Below are positions 1 to 11,870 of a DNA stretch of 64,000 nt, piece after piece. Both the position numbers and the translations under genes were made by a program. The first letter of the stretch is position 1; each line of letters starts with the position of its first letter. Below the pieces are notes generated by a model. That model did no database searches. It saw nothing but the letters and a program-made list of their open reading frames with translations, and was not told where the DNA came from. This DNA comes from Isurus oxyrinchus (Eukaryota): NCBI GenBank assembly GCA_026770705.1, contig JANJGN010000013.1, forward strand, positions 58,652,001 to 58,716,000, read 5' to 3'.

Positions 1-671
1 TGAGGAGCTTCTCTCCTCTGTTTACTGCACTGAGGCCTGCCAAAGTCTATTACTTTCATAACCATTTTCGGGCATGGGCCTGGATGGATTATTGACAGGC
101 GTTATGAATCTATAAAGATGTACTTTATTTCGAAATACTCTGTAGTGCGTCGAGTTCTTTTTGAAAACCTGTCTTTAATGTTATCCACCTGCTATTAACT
201 GCTTGAGCTTCCGACCTACCTTTTGCCTTGAACAATCAGGTCTAGGCCGGACATCATCCTCTCCTTATCTCACATCAAGTTGTTCTCTCTGATTCGAAAC
301 ATGCCACCTCCACCCTTTAAAACTAACGTGCAGACATTCAGTGTATTCGTACCTGTCTTATTACCATTTATTTATGCCCAAAGCTGTTCATAAGGTCTGT
401 TAACAAGTTAGCCTTATTTCTTATCACATTTAAACCATAGTGTTGTTCATAAAGTGACTTCTATTCTATTGACATACATTAATTAATTGTTGTATTTTGG
501 CAAACATCTTCATTAGGCAAGTTTAAATGAAAAGCCCAACACAGCTTTGTAGCATGTTTGTGTGTTTAACCATCTACCCAGTTGCTCCCACACGTTTGCA
601 GAGGCCTCGTCTATTTAACTAACTGGTAGATAAAAACAGAATTAAAAATGCCCCACGAATAACAAATATTC

Positions 672-916
672 TTTTTTTATTCATTCATGGAATGTGGGCA
701 TCGCTGGCTAGGCCAGCATTTATTGCCTATCCCTAAATGCCCTTGTTCAGAGGGCATTTAGGAGTCAACCACAATGCTGTGGGTTTGCAGTCACATGTAG
801 GCCAGACCAGGTAAGGAAGAGAGATTTCCTTCCACAAAAGAGACTAGTGAACCAGATCGGTTTTTACAACAATCGGCGATGGTTTCATCGTCATCATTAG
901 GCTTTTAATCCCAGAT
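672..916 (-). mobile_element. SINE fragment (tRNA-derived family, MetaSINE-like core, LINE-shared 3' tail)
   Basis: Shares the core GAGTCAACCACA..TCACATGTAGGCCAGACCAGGTAAGG..AGATTTCCTTCC with copies at 16.5, 27.7 and 41.5 kb; its tail resembles the 3' end of the LINEs at 7.1 and 14.7 kb. Superfamily label is from memory. Confidence 0.7.
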
Positions 917-1501
917 TGCAAAACAAAAAGAGCCAAAGGAATAGACAGAAAGATAGACAAAGAAAAAGAAAAAAAATGGGATATGGAGAGGAGAGCGAGA
1001 AAGCATATTGGTGCACTGAGAAAATAGGGATGCTAATTTCGAAGGACGATAATAAACATTAGGAGCTTCTTTAATATTCCAAAATAACATCGATTTTAGG
1101 AGAAACTTCTGATAACAGGCACTGTTTCTCACCAGGAGGAAGTTTTGCTCTGTAACCTATGTGTAACGAAATCCTTTATAAAGGGTTTGCGATTTCATTA
1201 CATTAGAGCTCAGAGCGAAAACTCCGTTATACATTAATGCGATGCTGACAATTGTCCATTTTCTTACTAGCAGAAGTTTCGATGTACAAAATAATCCGCT
1301 GAGACTCTGCAGTTGGAATGTTATGTACCATCTGAGTGTGCAAGTATACGAACGGCCCTATAGAAACAATAAGGCGAGACTGGATTGACGCCCATCCACA
1401 CGGTTAAAGCTATAAAAGGGAAAGCATTTATTTTCCTACCTATTATTCGGCAAATAGTCTTACAAAATGATTTTCAATTTAACCAACAGTTGCAGGTCTG
1501 T

Positions 1502-1509
1502 ATGCAAAT
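1502..1509 (+). promoter_or_regulatory. Octamer motif ATGCAAAT in the presumed J-C intron upstream of C1
   Basis: Exact octamer about 950 bp upstream of the C exon; could be chance in AT-rich DNA. Confidence 0.25.
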
Positions 1510-1964
1510 ATTGGTATTAGAGACACAGATGGAAAGAGCTTCCAGTTAGTATTCTTCCGGACTTCGTGCAGGGTGGTAGGCTTGAAATTTGCAGAAAAAG
1601 GGTCAAAGAATAATTTTCTATCTTTACACGTCGTTGATATTATGTTCTTCAAGACAACAAACATTTTACTTCTTTGTGTGTCCAGCATTCTGGAGTTCTT
1701 TTGCAATCACATTTTAGCCAATATTTGAAGATTATTATTCTTCAGAATTTAAACGTTGTGCAGCAATCGGCTCCCTTTCTACACTAAATGCAATAAATAG
1801 CAAATTTGTTTGTAAAGAAAGGATTTGCAATGTAATAATGTTTTAGTTTTGTTCATTGAAAGGTATGAGTTTGATAACAAAGGGTCTGGACCTTGATTTC
1901 AAGGGATTTAATGTCTTCCATGTACCCTTGATGTGATTTAAGGTCGAAAAGAAGCAATATGCTT

Positions 1965-2360
1965 TTAAATTGCGTCTTTCACGATCTCAGGAAAAACGTT
2001 TTACAGCAAATGAAATAACTTTGCAGGTCATTCGTTGTTTTAGTTTGAGAATTTCGGGCCCAGTTTGGGTACATCAAGGTTTCACAATGCAGTGTGCTAA
2101 TGATCAAATAGTCTGATTTAATAATGTATGTTGGGGTCTACACATTGACTAGGACAGCAGGAGAATTCCATTGCTTCTCTTCGAAATAATATCACGAAAT
2201 CCTTCGCAGCCACCCCAGGCCGTTATTTAACCATAGTTAAACGTTTAATCAGAAATAACAAGTGCAGCAATCCTTTAATACTGAGTGACTGAGTGTCAGC
2301 CTATATTTTCTACTCAATGTTTTGGCGTGGTCTTGGACCCATAAAAGACAGAAAGTGCGA
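1965..2360 (-). mobile_element. Old SINE (Deu-domain-like)
   Basis: Similar to 63635-63970; the minus strand reads TATTTCGAAGAGAAGCAATGGAATTCTCCTGCTGTCCTAGTCAATG, resembling the recalled Deu core. Confidence 0.5.
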
Positions 2361-2454
2361 CCACTTAACAAAGAGTTTCATTATACGTGTGCTTTATATA
2401 TATTATATAATCGCAATATATTTATTTTAATAAGCAGAATCCTTTTCATTACAG

Positions 2455-2777
2455 CCCGGGCGTCGTCCCGCCCTTCGGTATCCCTTCTCCCGCCGTCTCC
2501 CGATCAGATCTCCGCAGCGAACATGGCGACTCTGCTGTGTTTGGTGAATAATTTCTTTCCTGGTTCGGTGGAAGTTTCATGGAGCGTAGACGGCAAGATC
2601 AGGGACAATGGTGTCCAGACGACTCGGGCCGTGCGGGACACCGAGCAGACGTACAGTGTGAGCAGCTATCTGACCCTGACCGCCGCCGAGTGGAACTCAC
2701 ACGAAGTGTACACCTGCGGGGTTACACATGAGTCTCTCGGGTCTCAAATTCAGCAAAGCATCAAGAGATCAGGCTGA
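2455..2777 (+). CDS. IgL constant exon C1 (divergent lambda/type II-like), open frame; its V lies outside the window
   Basis: Acceptor ccttttcattacAG (AG 2453-2454), phase 1. Reads PSVSLLPPS..ATLLCLV..FFP..VSW..YSVSSYLTL..EWNSHEVYTCGVTH with both intradomain Cys and the Trp. Stop TGA 2775-2777; AATAAA 2932-2937. Confidence 0.93.
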
Positions 2778-2931
2778 GAGTGAAAGAGAAAATCTCATCC
2801 ACTTGGTGCAAACTGTCATTCGGCATGTTCCTGTTGGAAGATGGTGCTTAGTTGTTCAGAATGCTCTTCTTTCTTTTCGCATTTTGGCAGAAAAGTTTAA
2901 TCTTGTAATTGTGACGTAGAAATATTTGTTT

Positions 2932-2937
2932 AATAAA
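2932..2937 (+). terminator. Polyadenylation signal of C1
   Basis: AATAAA about 155 nt after the stop, followed by GT-rich sequence. Confidence 0.7.
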
Positions 2938-4528
2938 GAATGGTATTCAATTGTTAGCGGGAGTGTGTTTTATAAGTGGTCTGCTAGGGATAGCGATTCA
3001 GTTCAGCACTGGTAGCATTTTATTTATTCATGTGTGCTTTGTCCGGGGGCGGGTCCTTGAACCATTCAGCTGCTGATGCTTCCTCCTGAGCCGTTTCCGT
3101 GGCACTCTTTTTTTCCCCATTGTCTTCCACTGTCAGGGCCAGTTCCCAAGTGTAGCTCAGCAGAGGCGGGGACTGAAGCTGCACTGCTGGCTTCACTCTA
3201 AAGCACACGCCAGCATTCTAGGTTAACAGGCGCCGATAGCATTGCCAGCCTTGTAAATGCATTGAGCTGTTGGATCTCATTTTTATATCCAAGCTGATCT
3301 CATTATATAATTTTTAATGTATTTTAGCAAATAGCTTGCACAAGCAGAAATCAAACATCAAATTAATATATCCCTCACTTTTTGACTTAAGGGGACATTT
3401 AATGTCAACAAGCTTTTCTGAAAAACAATGAGTTTGCATTTACAACTTTTGATTTAACTCCAACGTTGATTAAATCAACATTTAGAAAATATCTTAGAGA
3501 AATATATAGGCAGTGAGAGTGCAATTAGTGTACATATCAAGACTTGTATATTTTGCAATTTAGTTTTAACATCTAATTGAGCGAAATAATGAAATATTCT
3601 GCTACTTGTACCTTTCCGAATTAAATTAGAGTTTTATTTACAATTTAATGGCAACCTTTGCCAGAAAGCAAAAGTAAATTGAGATATTTCAATTAATGGC
3701 TGAAACATTCCAAGAAAGCCAGAATTAATTAATTAATCAATTAGAGACCTGCCCGTTTATTGGTTTAGTAGCCTTCACTGTAGAAATTATTTTGAAATTA
3801 TCAGGTGGTTGTCAATTCAGCGTCTTGTAGCATCCATCATTCTCTCTCCAGATCACTAAAAATAGGTCCCTTACCACATCGAGAATTGTTTGTGTTGTCA
3901 CCAATACCCTAAACAATGTAGATTCCCATTTATACAACACGTGCTGTAATTCTCACCAAAACTCCAAAATTCCGATAGGAAAACTGTGAACAAGGGCTCA
4001 TCCTATTTCGAACGCACGCCAGAAACCCCGCTACCGGTCCCCCAATTTGCCATCCAAAATGGCATACGTTGGCATTTCTTTCTCCGAATAGCTACAATTC
4101 CTCCTCCAAATATGCAGCCTTATCTGTTTCAAACGTTAGGCTCTCGCAAGTAATGGTGTTACATAGGCAACGGGGACATAGCAGAAAATCTTATTGCTCT
4201 GCGCCTTAAGTCTTCTTGCTACTTGCGCGGACCTGTCGGTTACACGAACCTTTCATCATCTCGTGTTATGCTGCTCAACAGCGTGCAGAGATGAAATTTA
4301 AACAGCGCCCCTAGCATATCCTTGAACGTCTGTTTTATCTGTGGACATTCATACCCTGTCCCGCCAAGTAGCACTGGAGATAATTTCACGGATTCTCCTT
4401 CAAACATTAAAAAAAACCTTTCCATTCCTATAAAAACAAAGAAAACTGCGGATGCTGGACATCCAAAACAAAAACAGAATTACCTGGAAAAACTCAGCAG
4501 GTCTGGCAGCATCGGCGGAGAAGAAAAG

Positions 4529-4567
4529 AGTTGACGTTTCGAGTCCTCATGACCCTTCGACAGAACT
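4529..4567 (-). ncRNA. Minimal type I hammerhead ribozyme motif (variant core)
   Basis: Minus strand AGUU-CUGUCGA-A-GGGUC-AUGAG-GACUC-GAAA-CG-UC/AACU. Confidence 0.72.
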
Positions 4568-4752
4568 TGATTTCGAGTCCAAGAAAGAGTTGAAATATAA
4601 GCTGGTTTAAGGTGTGTGTGTGGGGGGGCGGAGAGATAGAGAGAGAGAGGCCTCTCTCTCTCTCTATCTCTCCGCCCCCCCCCCCCCCCCCCCCCCACAC
4701 ACACACACCTTAAACCAGCTTATATTTCAACTCTTTCTTGGACTCGAAATCA

Positions 4753-4791
4753 AGTTCTGTCGAAGGGTCATGAGGACTCGAAACGTCAACT
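4753..4791 (+). ncRNA. Minimal type I hammerhead ribozyme motif (variant core)
   Basis: AGTT CTGTCGA A GGGTC ATGAG GACTC GAAA CG TC AACT; predicted cleavage after C4787. Confidence 0.72.
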
Positions 4792-5069
4792 CTTTTCTTT
4801 CCATTCCTATGTTCATCAGCATGGGGTTTGCAAGTTACCGAGCGATAATCGCAGTGCTAAAAACTACAGACTATGACAACAACTACTAAATCGGTCGGGA
4901 CCTCAATTTACGAGCTTCCAGTAGCGCAAATTCGCATTGATTGTTGATGGGGAAAAAAAAACAAGGCTAACAATGTACGTTATGGTAGCAGCGAGGTAGA
5001 TAAGTATTTGACATCTAGCACTGTGCAATGAAGCAGAGGTTAATTATTAATCTCGTACTAAATGATGCA

Positions 5070-6870
5070 CTGGGAAAAAGTGCAATCGTATCCCATATGA
5101 AGTTTGAAAGTGACATACTCCAATCCCAAACGGCAATCTTATATTTAAACAAAGCCAATTACATATACATGAGAAGAGCTCTGCCTAAGACTGCTTATAT
5201 AAATAGGCCACAGGGCATGACGGTAAATGAAAAACGTGAAGCATTTAAAGAAACAATTCAAAATGTTCAATAAAAATGCATTTCATTATAAAAAGAAAAA
5301 AACGAGAGATCTATCCGTGGTTTATTAAGAATGCTCAGGATCGTGTTCATTTAAAAGAAGAAGCTTTATAATGTTGCAATAGGAAGCCGGAGGATTGGAG
5401 TGTTTTAGAAACCAGCAAAGGATCACCAAAACTTTGATAGGAAAGAAAGAAAAAATAGAATATGAGAGTAAAGTAACGAAAAATATAAGGGCAGATTGCA
5501 AGAGCTTTTACAAGTGTATAAAAATGAAAGCAGCTAAAACTTAGAGGCAGAGACTTGAGAAATTATCATGGGGAACGAGGAAATGACAGATATGTTGAAC
5601 AAGACGTTTGTGTTTGTATTCACAGCAGGAGACGCAAGACACATATCAGGAATAGAGGTTAACCAAGAGGTTAATAAAAATTAGGAACTTCAAGTAATTG
5701 ATATCAGCAGATAAAGGTATTAGAGGTTAGAGCACCAAAATCCAATAAATCCCCCGGACCTGATGGCCGACATAATAACGTTCTAAAAGAGGTAGCTGCA
5801 GAGATAGTGGATGTGCTGGTTTAAATTTTCCAAAACTCCCTAGATTCTAGAAAGGTCCCAGAAGATTGAAAATTCTCAGATGTAACTGTACTATTCAAGA
5901 GAGAGAGAGAAAGAGAGAGAGAGAACAGAACTACAAGCCAGTTTGACATCAGTTGTTGGGAAAACGCTGGAATCTCTTATTAAGACAGTCTAAACAATGC
6001 ACTTAGAAAATCATGGCATGATCAGACAAAGTCCGTTTGGTTTTACAAAAGAGAAATCGTGTTTGAGAAATGTAAAATGTTTGAGGGTGTGACTAGTGGG
6101 GTAAATAAAAGGGAACCAGTAGATGCAGTATACTTGGATTTTCAAAGGCTTTTAATAAAGCACCACATGAAAGGTAAATTTGCATGATAAAGGTTTGTGG
6201 AATTGGAGATCATGTTTTGGCATTGGTAGAGGATTGGTTAATGAGCAGGATGCAGAGTAGGATAAATGCAGCGTTTTCAAGTTGGCATTCTGTAACTAGT
6301 GGAGTGCCAGAAGGATCAGTGCTGAGATATCAGCCCTTTATAGACTGTATTGATGACTTAGGTGAAAGGATCGAGATTATCTAAATTTCCCGAGGAAGGA
6401 TAAGCTTGGCTTGATACATTAGATTGGTCCCTTGGATGAGAGGGTTGCCCTATGATGAGAGATTGAGTAAAATTAGGCCTATACTCTTTGGAGTTTACTA
6501 GAATTGGAGGTGATTTCATTGAAACTTTTAAGATCTGAAGTGGCATGATAGAGTAGACAATAAGCAGTTGATCCCCCAGGCTAGGGAACTGACAGTACGG
6601 ATAAGGGCCTTATCATTTAAGACTGAGAAGGGGAGAAATGTCTTCACTCAATCTGTTCGGGGCCTTTGGAATTGTCCGTCACCAGAGGGTTTGGATGTTC
6701 CATTGCCAAACACATTTAAGGTTGAGATGGGCAGTCTTTCAGTTTCTGAGGGATTCCAGGAATATGGGGTGCAGGCACAAAATGAAGGTAAGGCCAGTGC
6801 TCAGCCATAATTTTATTGAATGTTGGAGCAGATATGGGAGGTCATATGGTCTGCTCCTGTGCCATTTTCT
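5070..6870 (+). mobile_element. Degenerate CR1 LINE ORF2 fragment
   Basis: KSPGPDG-like, LDFQ-like and VTSGVPEGSVL motifs with many stops and frameshifts. Confidence 0.85.
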
Positions 6871-7139
6871 TAACTGTGTTCTTAGGTGCAACTAGCTTCT
6901 TTTGGTTAGATGTTTTATTTATCCAATCAGAGCCATGTAGTTTTCAGCAATAGATTTCTTCCCATCACTCATAATGCTACTGGATGCCCAAAGAGCCTGT
7001 CTGTAGGCCCCACCTCTTCCTTATCTACACACTGCTCCTTGGTGATATTATCTGAAGTTCCACATGTACACTGATGACATGCAGCCCTACCACAATTTTC
7101 TCAAGTTAAACACTGGGAAGATCTTCTTTGCCTGCAGCT

Positions 7140-8665
7140 TTTTTTATTCTTTCATGGGATGTGAGCAGCAGTGGCCAGGCCTGCATTACTTGCCCTTTGC
7201 TAATTGCCTTTGTGAAGGTGCTGCTGAGCCAATTTCTTGAACTGCTGTACCACATCTTGTTTAGGCAAACTCAAGTGCTGTTCGAAAGGAAGTTCCAGAA
7301 TTTCACCCAGTGACGGTGAGGTAATAATGATAAAGTTCCAAGTCAGGATGGTGCATGGCTTGGAAGAGAACTTGCAGCATGTGATGGTCCCAAGCATTTT
7401 CTGCTATTGTCCTTGTCGGTGGTAGAGGCCATGAAATTGGAAGCTACGGTTGAAGGAGGCTTGGTGAGTTTCTGCAGTGCATCTTGTACATGGTATACTC
7501 TGCTGCCATGGTGCGTCACAGTGGTGGAGGGTGTGAATGTTTAAGGTGGCAGATGGGATGCGGATCAAAGAGGTTGCTTTGTTCTGAATGGTGCCGATTT
7601 TCTTGAGCGTTGCTGCAGCTGCACTCATCCAGACAACTAGAAAGTATTCAATCACACTCCTGACTTGTGTCTTATAGATGTTGGGCAGGCTTCGTAGGGT
7701 CAGTTGCTTGCTGCAGAATTCCCAGCCTCTGACCTGCTCTTGTAGTTGCAGTATTTATATGACTGGCAAGTTCAATTTCTGATTAATGCTAACACTGAGG
7801 GCATTAATGATGGGTGATTCAATGATGGTAGTGCCTTTGAATGGCAAGGGAAAATGGTTAGATTCTCTTCTGTTGGTAATGGTCATTGCCTGGCACTTGT
7901 ATGGTGCAACTGTTACTTATCATTTATATCTCTAATATGAATATTGTTCAGGTCTTCCTCCATATGGACACAGAATGCATTAGCATCTGCAGAATTGCAA
8001 ATGACATTGAACACTGTGCATTCATCAGCAAACATTCCATTCATGAAGCAGTTGAAGATGGCCTAAGTCACTGCCCTGAGGAACACTTGCAGCAATGTCT
8101 TGGGACTGAAGTGACTGGCTCCCAACAACTGCAACCATTTTCCTTTGTGCTACATATGACTTCAACCAGTGTAGAGTTTCCCCATTGATATTCATTGACT
8201 TCAATTTTGCCAAGGCTCCTTGATGCCACAGTCAGTCAAATGCTGCCTTGATGTCAATAGCAGTCACTTTTACCTTCTATTGAGTTCGGTTATTTTAGCC
8301 ATGTTTGAACCAAGGCTTTAACGGAGGCAGAAGTTGAGCAGCCCTGGCAGAACCTAAACTGAGCATCACTGAGCAGGTTATTGCTGTGATAGTGCAATGT
8401 CATAGAATTGCCAATACCATCTTCCATCATTTTGCTGATAATTGAGAGTAGACTCAGAATGGATAATTGGCCAGATTTGTCTTGTCCTGCCTTTTTATGG
8501 TCAGGACATACCTGGGCAATTTTGAGCACTATCTGTTCAATGCCAATGCTGGAGCTGTACTGGAAAAGCTTGGCTAGGAGTGTGACCAGCTCTTGGGCAC
8601 AAGCCTTCAGTACATTGCCGGGGTGTTGTCAGGGCCCATTGCTTTTGCTGTATTCAGTGTCTTCT
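7140..8665 (-). mobile_element. Degenerate CR1/L2-group LINE, 3' part, inserted in an older L2 fragment
   Basis: Minus-strand peptides KIAQVCP..LLSIISKMME, ASVPQGS and WMSAA..TLKK..TIQNKA; L2-like sequence flanks it at about 6960-7100 and 8670-9100. Confidence 0.75.
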
Positions 8666-9769
8666 GCATTAGTGAAACGCTCATCCATGTCATTCTTACC
8701 TGCCAGCTCGATTATCATAGTACTCTCCTGGTTGACAGTACATCCTGCACCCTTCACATACATAATCTGATTCAAAACTTGACATTATTGCACTACTCAC
8801 AGTCACTATCTGGTCACTGAATGCCTTGATGTAAAATTCTCACCCGCATGTTTGAACCCCTATATAGCCTTACTTCAATGTACCTCTAATCTCATCACTC
8901 TCTTAGAAATCTGCACATGACCAACCAAATGTTTTGTCCATGCTCCATTCCTTTTCCATCACCAATGGAAGGTGTGCCTTCTGCGGCCGACACTCTGCAC
9001 CTGCAATTTACTTCTTAAGCTTCGCCACTAAACTCTCCTTCATAAAGACCTTCCTTAAAACCCAAGTCTGACCACATTTTTGGTTAGCCTTCCTAATGGA
9101 AAAAAAACATTTTAGGGCAGTAGAATTGGCGCAATGCATACAGATTTAGCAGTAGCAGTCTACACCCAAGTTGTGCATAGGTCCAACCGCTATTTTTGAC
9201 ACAGTTTGTTAACAGGCATTAGGCCCATTAAATACCTTCATCAGATGCTTAACTTCTGCAGAAGTATACTTCTACTTATTTTCTTCCTGAGAAGCGGGAT
9301 AGTTGTCATGCGTGCTCAACAGAGGACTTTTTCTCCCTGTAGTATCCAACTAAAGACATGTTTTAGCAAAATTACCCCACAGTCCCGGTGACTCCTCCAT
9401 CCATTCCTGTTGTCCAATCGAAGGCCTCATGAGAAGCTATCGATTGAGTTCTCCATACCTTGAAGCTGCAATGGGAACATGCACTCTCGGTTTTGGCGTG
9501 GCCCATCGATAAAGGTTATGTGCAGCACTTAGGTGTTGTTCCTTGCACTTTTCTTGAACTTGACATGCACTTATTCACCTCGATGGTTGAAAACCACATT
9601 GAGACTGGGAGGAGGAAGTTGAGGCGCACGCTTGCAATGATCTTCCTCTGTAGTTACTGCAATTTGACTTGTCTCCCTACTTGAACATAGCCACAGTTGC
9701 AGTGTTCCTGAGATCCCCCAGATGCGCCCTAATTCTCAGATGGGGGCCATGAGATTGTACCACTGTTAC

Positions 9770-11870
9770 AGGAGTGTGACTCTGCAGCGTTTCAGAATTT
9801 CAGCAGTGATTCCTCATGAAACCCTTTGACTCTGTCAACTGCGAAGTTAATGGAGTATCCTCGTCCTTGATGCTTCCCTCAAAAAATTGTCATCACCCTC
9901 CACCCCACGATCACATGCATTCCGTGATCCTCACCAACAGAACCATCACGAACCCTAGATCAGTGAAAACTGTGGTTAAACAAGGCAGTGTCATTGCAGC
10001 AACTCTCTTGTCCACTCTCCTCGCTGCAATACTGCCCCTCCCACCCAACAAATTACCCACAGATATGCGGATAATTTACAGAACAGAAAGAAACTGTCTA
10101 ACCTACACCATCTCCAATCCAAAATGAAAACCTTAAAAAATCAGTCATACTCCTTCACTATGTAAATGCCGCTTATGTGTGCTTAGCTGAGAAACTGAAC
10201 TCTGGCTAATTGTTGAACCTTCTCTGAAACAACACCTGGGAAACTAATACCCTATTCCAACCAGATCTCACATGAAAGCACCTTCCCTCTCCCTCCTCCC
10301 CATAAGTTAAGATCAAGTGCGAGACCCTGAAAGTGTGGACCATTTCCCATAGCTTGGGAGCCTCCTCTCCAGAAGACAGAAATAGCTGATGAAATTCACC
10401 ACCTCCTCCAACATACCTGTGTCATGAAACTATTAATGTATACAATGTAATTGGAAATTAATTTTTTAATAGAGGTTTAGTCTGTGGGTGTGTCTGTGTG
10501 TGTATTAATTAGGTTAAAGCCGGCTAATCTGTGTGCTTTGATGTATAGGAATTTTGAGATGTAACCAGAGGTAGAGGTACATTTGCATTTTGTTGAATAG
10601 AGCATTCAAGAAGAGGAGCAAAATATTGCACCTAACTAGGAGACACCAAGCAATATGTTTATATTACTAATAAAATTGGTACTATGAAAGGGGTTTTATT
10701 GTTAGAAGAGGAGGAGTGCAAAGGGCTGGTGATAAAATGAAAATTTGGATTCAAAGAGAAGTGTTGGGTATAACATGATGGGAGTTTGTGTGTGCAGAGC
10801 AGAGCAGCTGTAAGCCTATAACTGTCTGCAAAGGAACCTCAGTTTGAATTCGTAAGGTGAAAATGCTTTGCCTGGTGTCTGGTTAAGTCTATTGGTTATT
10901 GTTGTGCCTTAGTGGAGATTAATTTGGGAATTTGTTTAAAGTTATGATAGTAGCAATTTGTAGCCATTTATATTTATTTATTTATTTATTTTATTGTAAA
11001 TTAATAAATGTCTCATTTAGTTTGATATAAAAACCTCTTGAGAATGGGTGGTCTTATTCCTGACTTTAGTGCTGCAACTCGAAACATGCCAATTGAAAAT
11101 ATAGATTATGACAATTGTTTTATGTTTCCCTCTGGGATTTTAAATAACAGCCTTTACAACTGCTGTGTCATAACACCTGCTAAGACTTGAGCCAAATGAG
11201 GAAATGAATATTTGAGGGTCAGGATCACAAACTCCCCATGGGTCCATACGGCCATGGTTTACTGAGCAGCATTAGCCCCTGCACTGCTTTATGCTTTGGA
11301 GAGTTGGACGGTCTACAACAGACACCTCAAAGTACCAGAGGAGAAACACCCATGGTGCCTTCGGCAGGACCCTCAAAATCCTGTAGCAAGAAAGAAAGTC
11401 CAACAGCAGTGTTCCCTCCCAAGCCAGCATCCAGGTGCTAATCATTCAAAACCAACTCTGCTGGGCGGGCATGCCTGACACCAGGCTCCCGAAGCAACTT
11501 CTCTACTCATTCCCATTCTCGATTATGGTGCAGCAGGAGACTTCCAGGAGGGCAGTGGAAATGCTTTAGGGATATACTCAAAGCATCCCTGAAGAGGACA
11601 AGAGGACATGGGAGACCCTGGCTTGTGACTGATCAAAATGAAAAAAGTTAATTCGGGTAAGCACAGAGCTCATTGGCAGACTTTGTCTGGATCGTGCAGA
11701 GGTGCAATTCAGGCATTAGCGGGAGTGTGCAAACCTTCAAAAACCCATTTACCCAGCTGTGCATGGACCACTTGCATCTCATACAGTTTGTGCAATTGGA
11801 CTTATCAGCCATTTCAGAACCTATCAGATTGGAATGGAAGAAAGTCACCCTCAATCCCGAGGGAATTCCT
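9770..11870 (+). mobile_element. Degenerate RTE-clade LINE, interrupted by a solo LTR
   Basis: KPFDSVN, VKTVVKQGSVIAATL and HFP*LGS motifs before the LTR; RLPKQLLYS-like and GGQWKCFRD-like motifs after it. Confidence 0.75.
10420..11175 (+). mobile_element. Solo LTR (Gypsy-like)
   Basis: Starts TGTCATGA and ends TCATAACA (imperfect inverted termini); 4-bp TSD CCTG at 10416-10419 and 11176-11179; internal AATAAA. Confidence 0.85.

Larger units (their letters stand above)
4432..4796. mobile_element. Non-coding fold-back PLE insertion (two inverted 3'-end arms, no spacer)
   Basis: 14-bp TSD CTTTCCATTCCTAT at 4418-4431 and 4797-4810. Palindrome centred on GAGAGG|CCTCTC (4650/4651). Arms match the termini of the elements at 22.7 and 47.5 kb. 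Confidence 0.9.

Noticed and set aside
2322-2454. N-terminal part of the 151-aa ORF
   Set aside because: Intronic read-through upstream of the splice acceptor.
2775-2937. Selenocysteine at the C1 penultimate TGA
   Set aside because: I could not find a SECIS-like RUGA..AA..GA hairpin in the 155-nt UTR; the only distal GTGA lies about 20 nt before AATAAA. A SECIS search would settle it.
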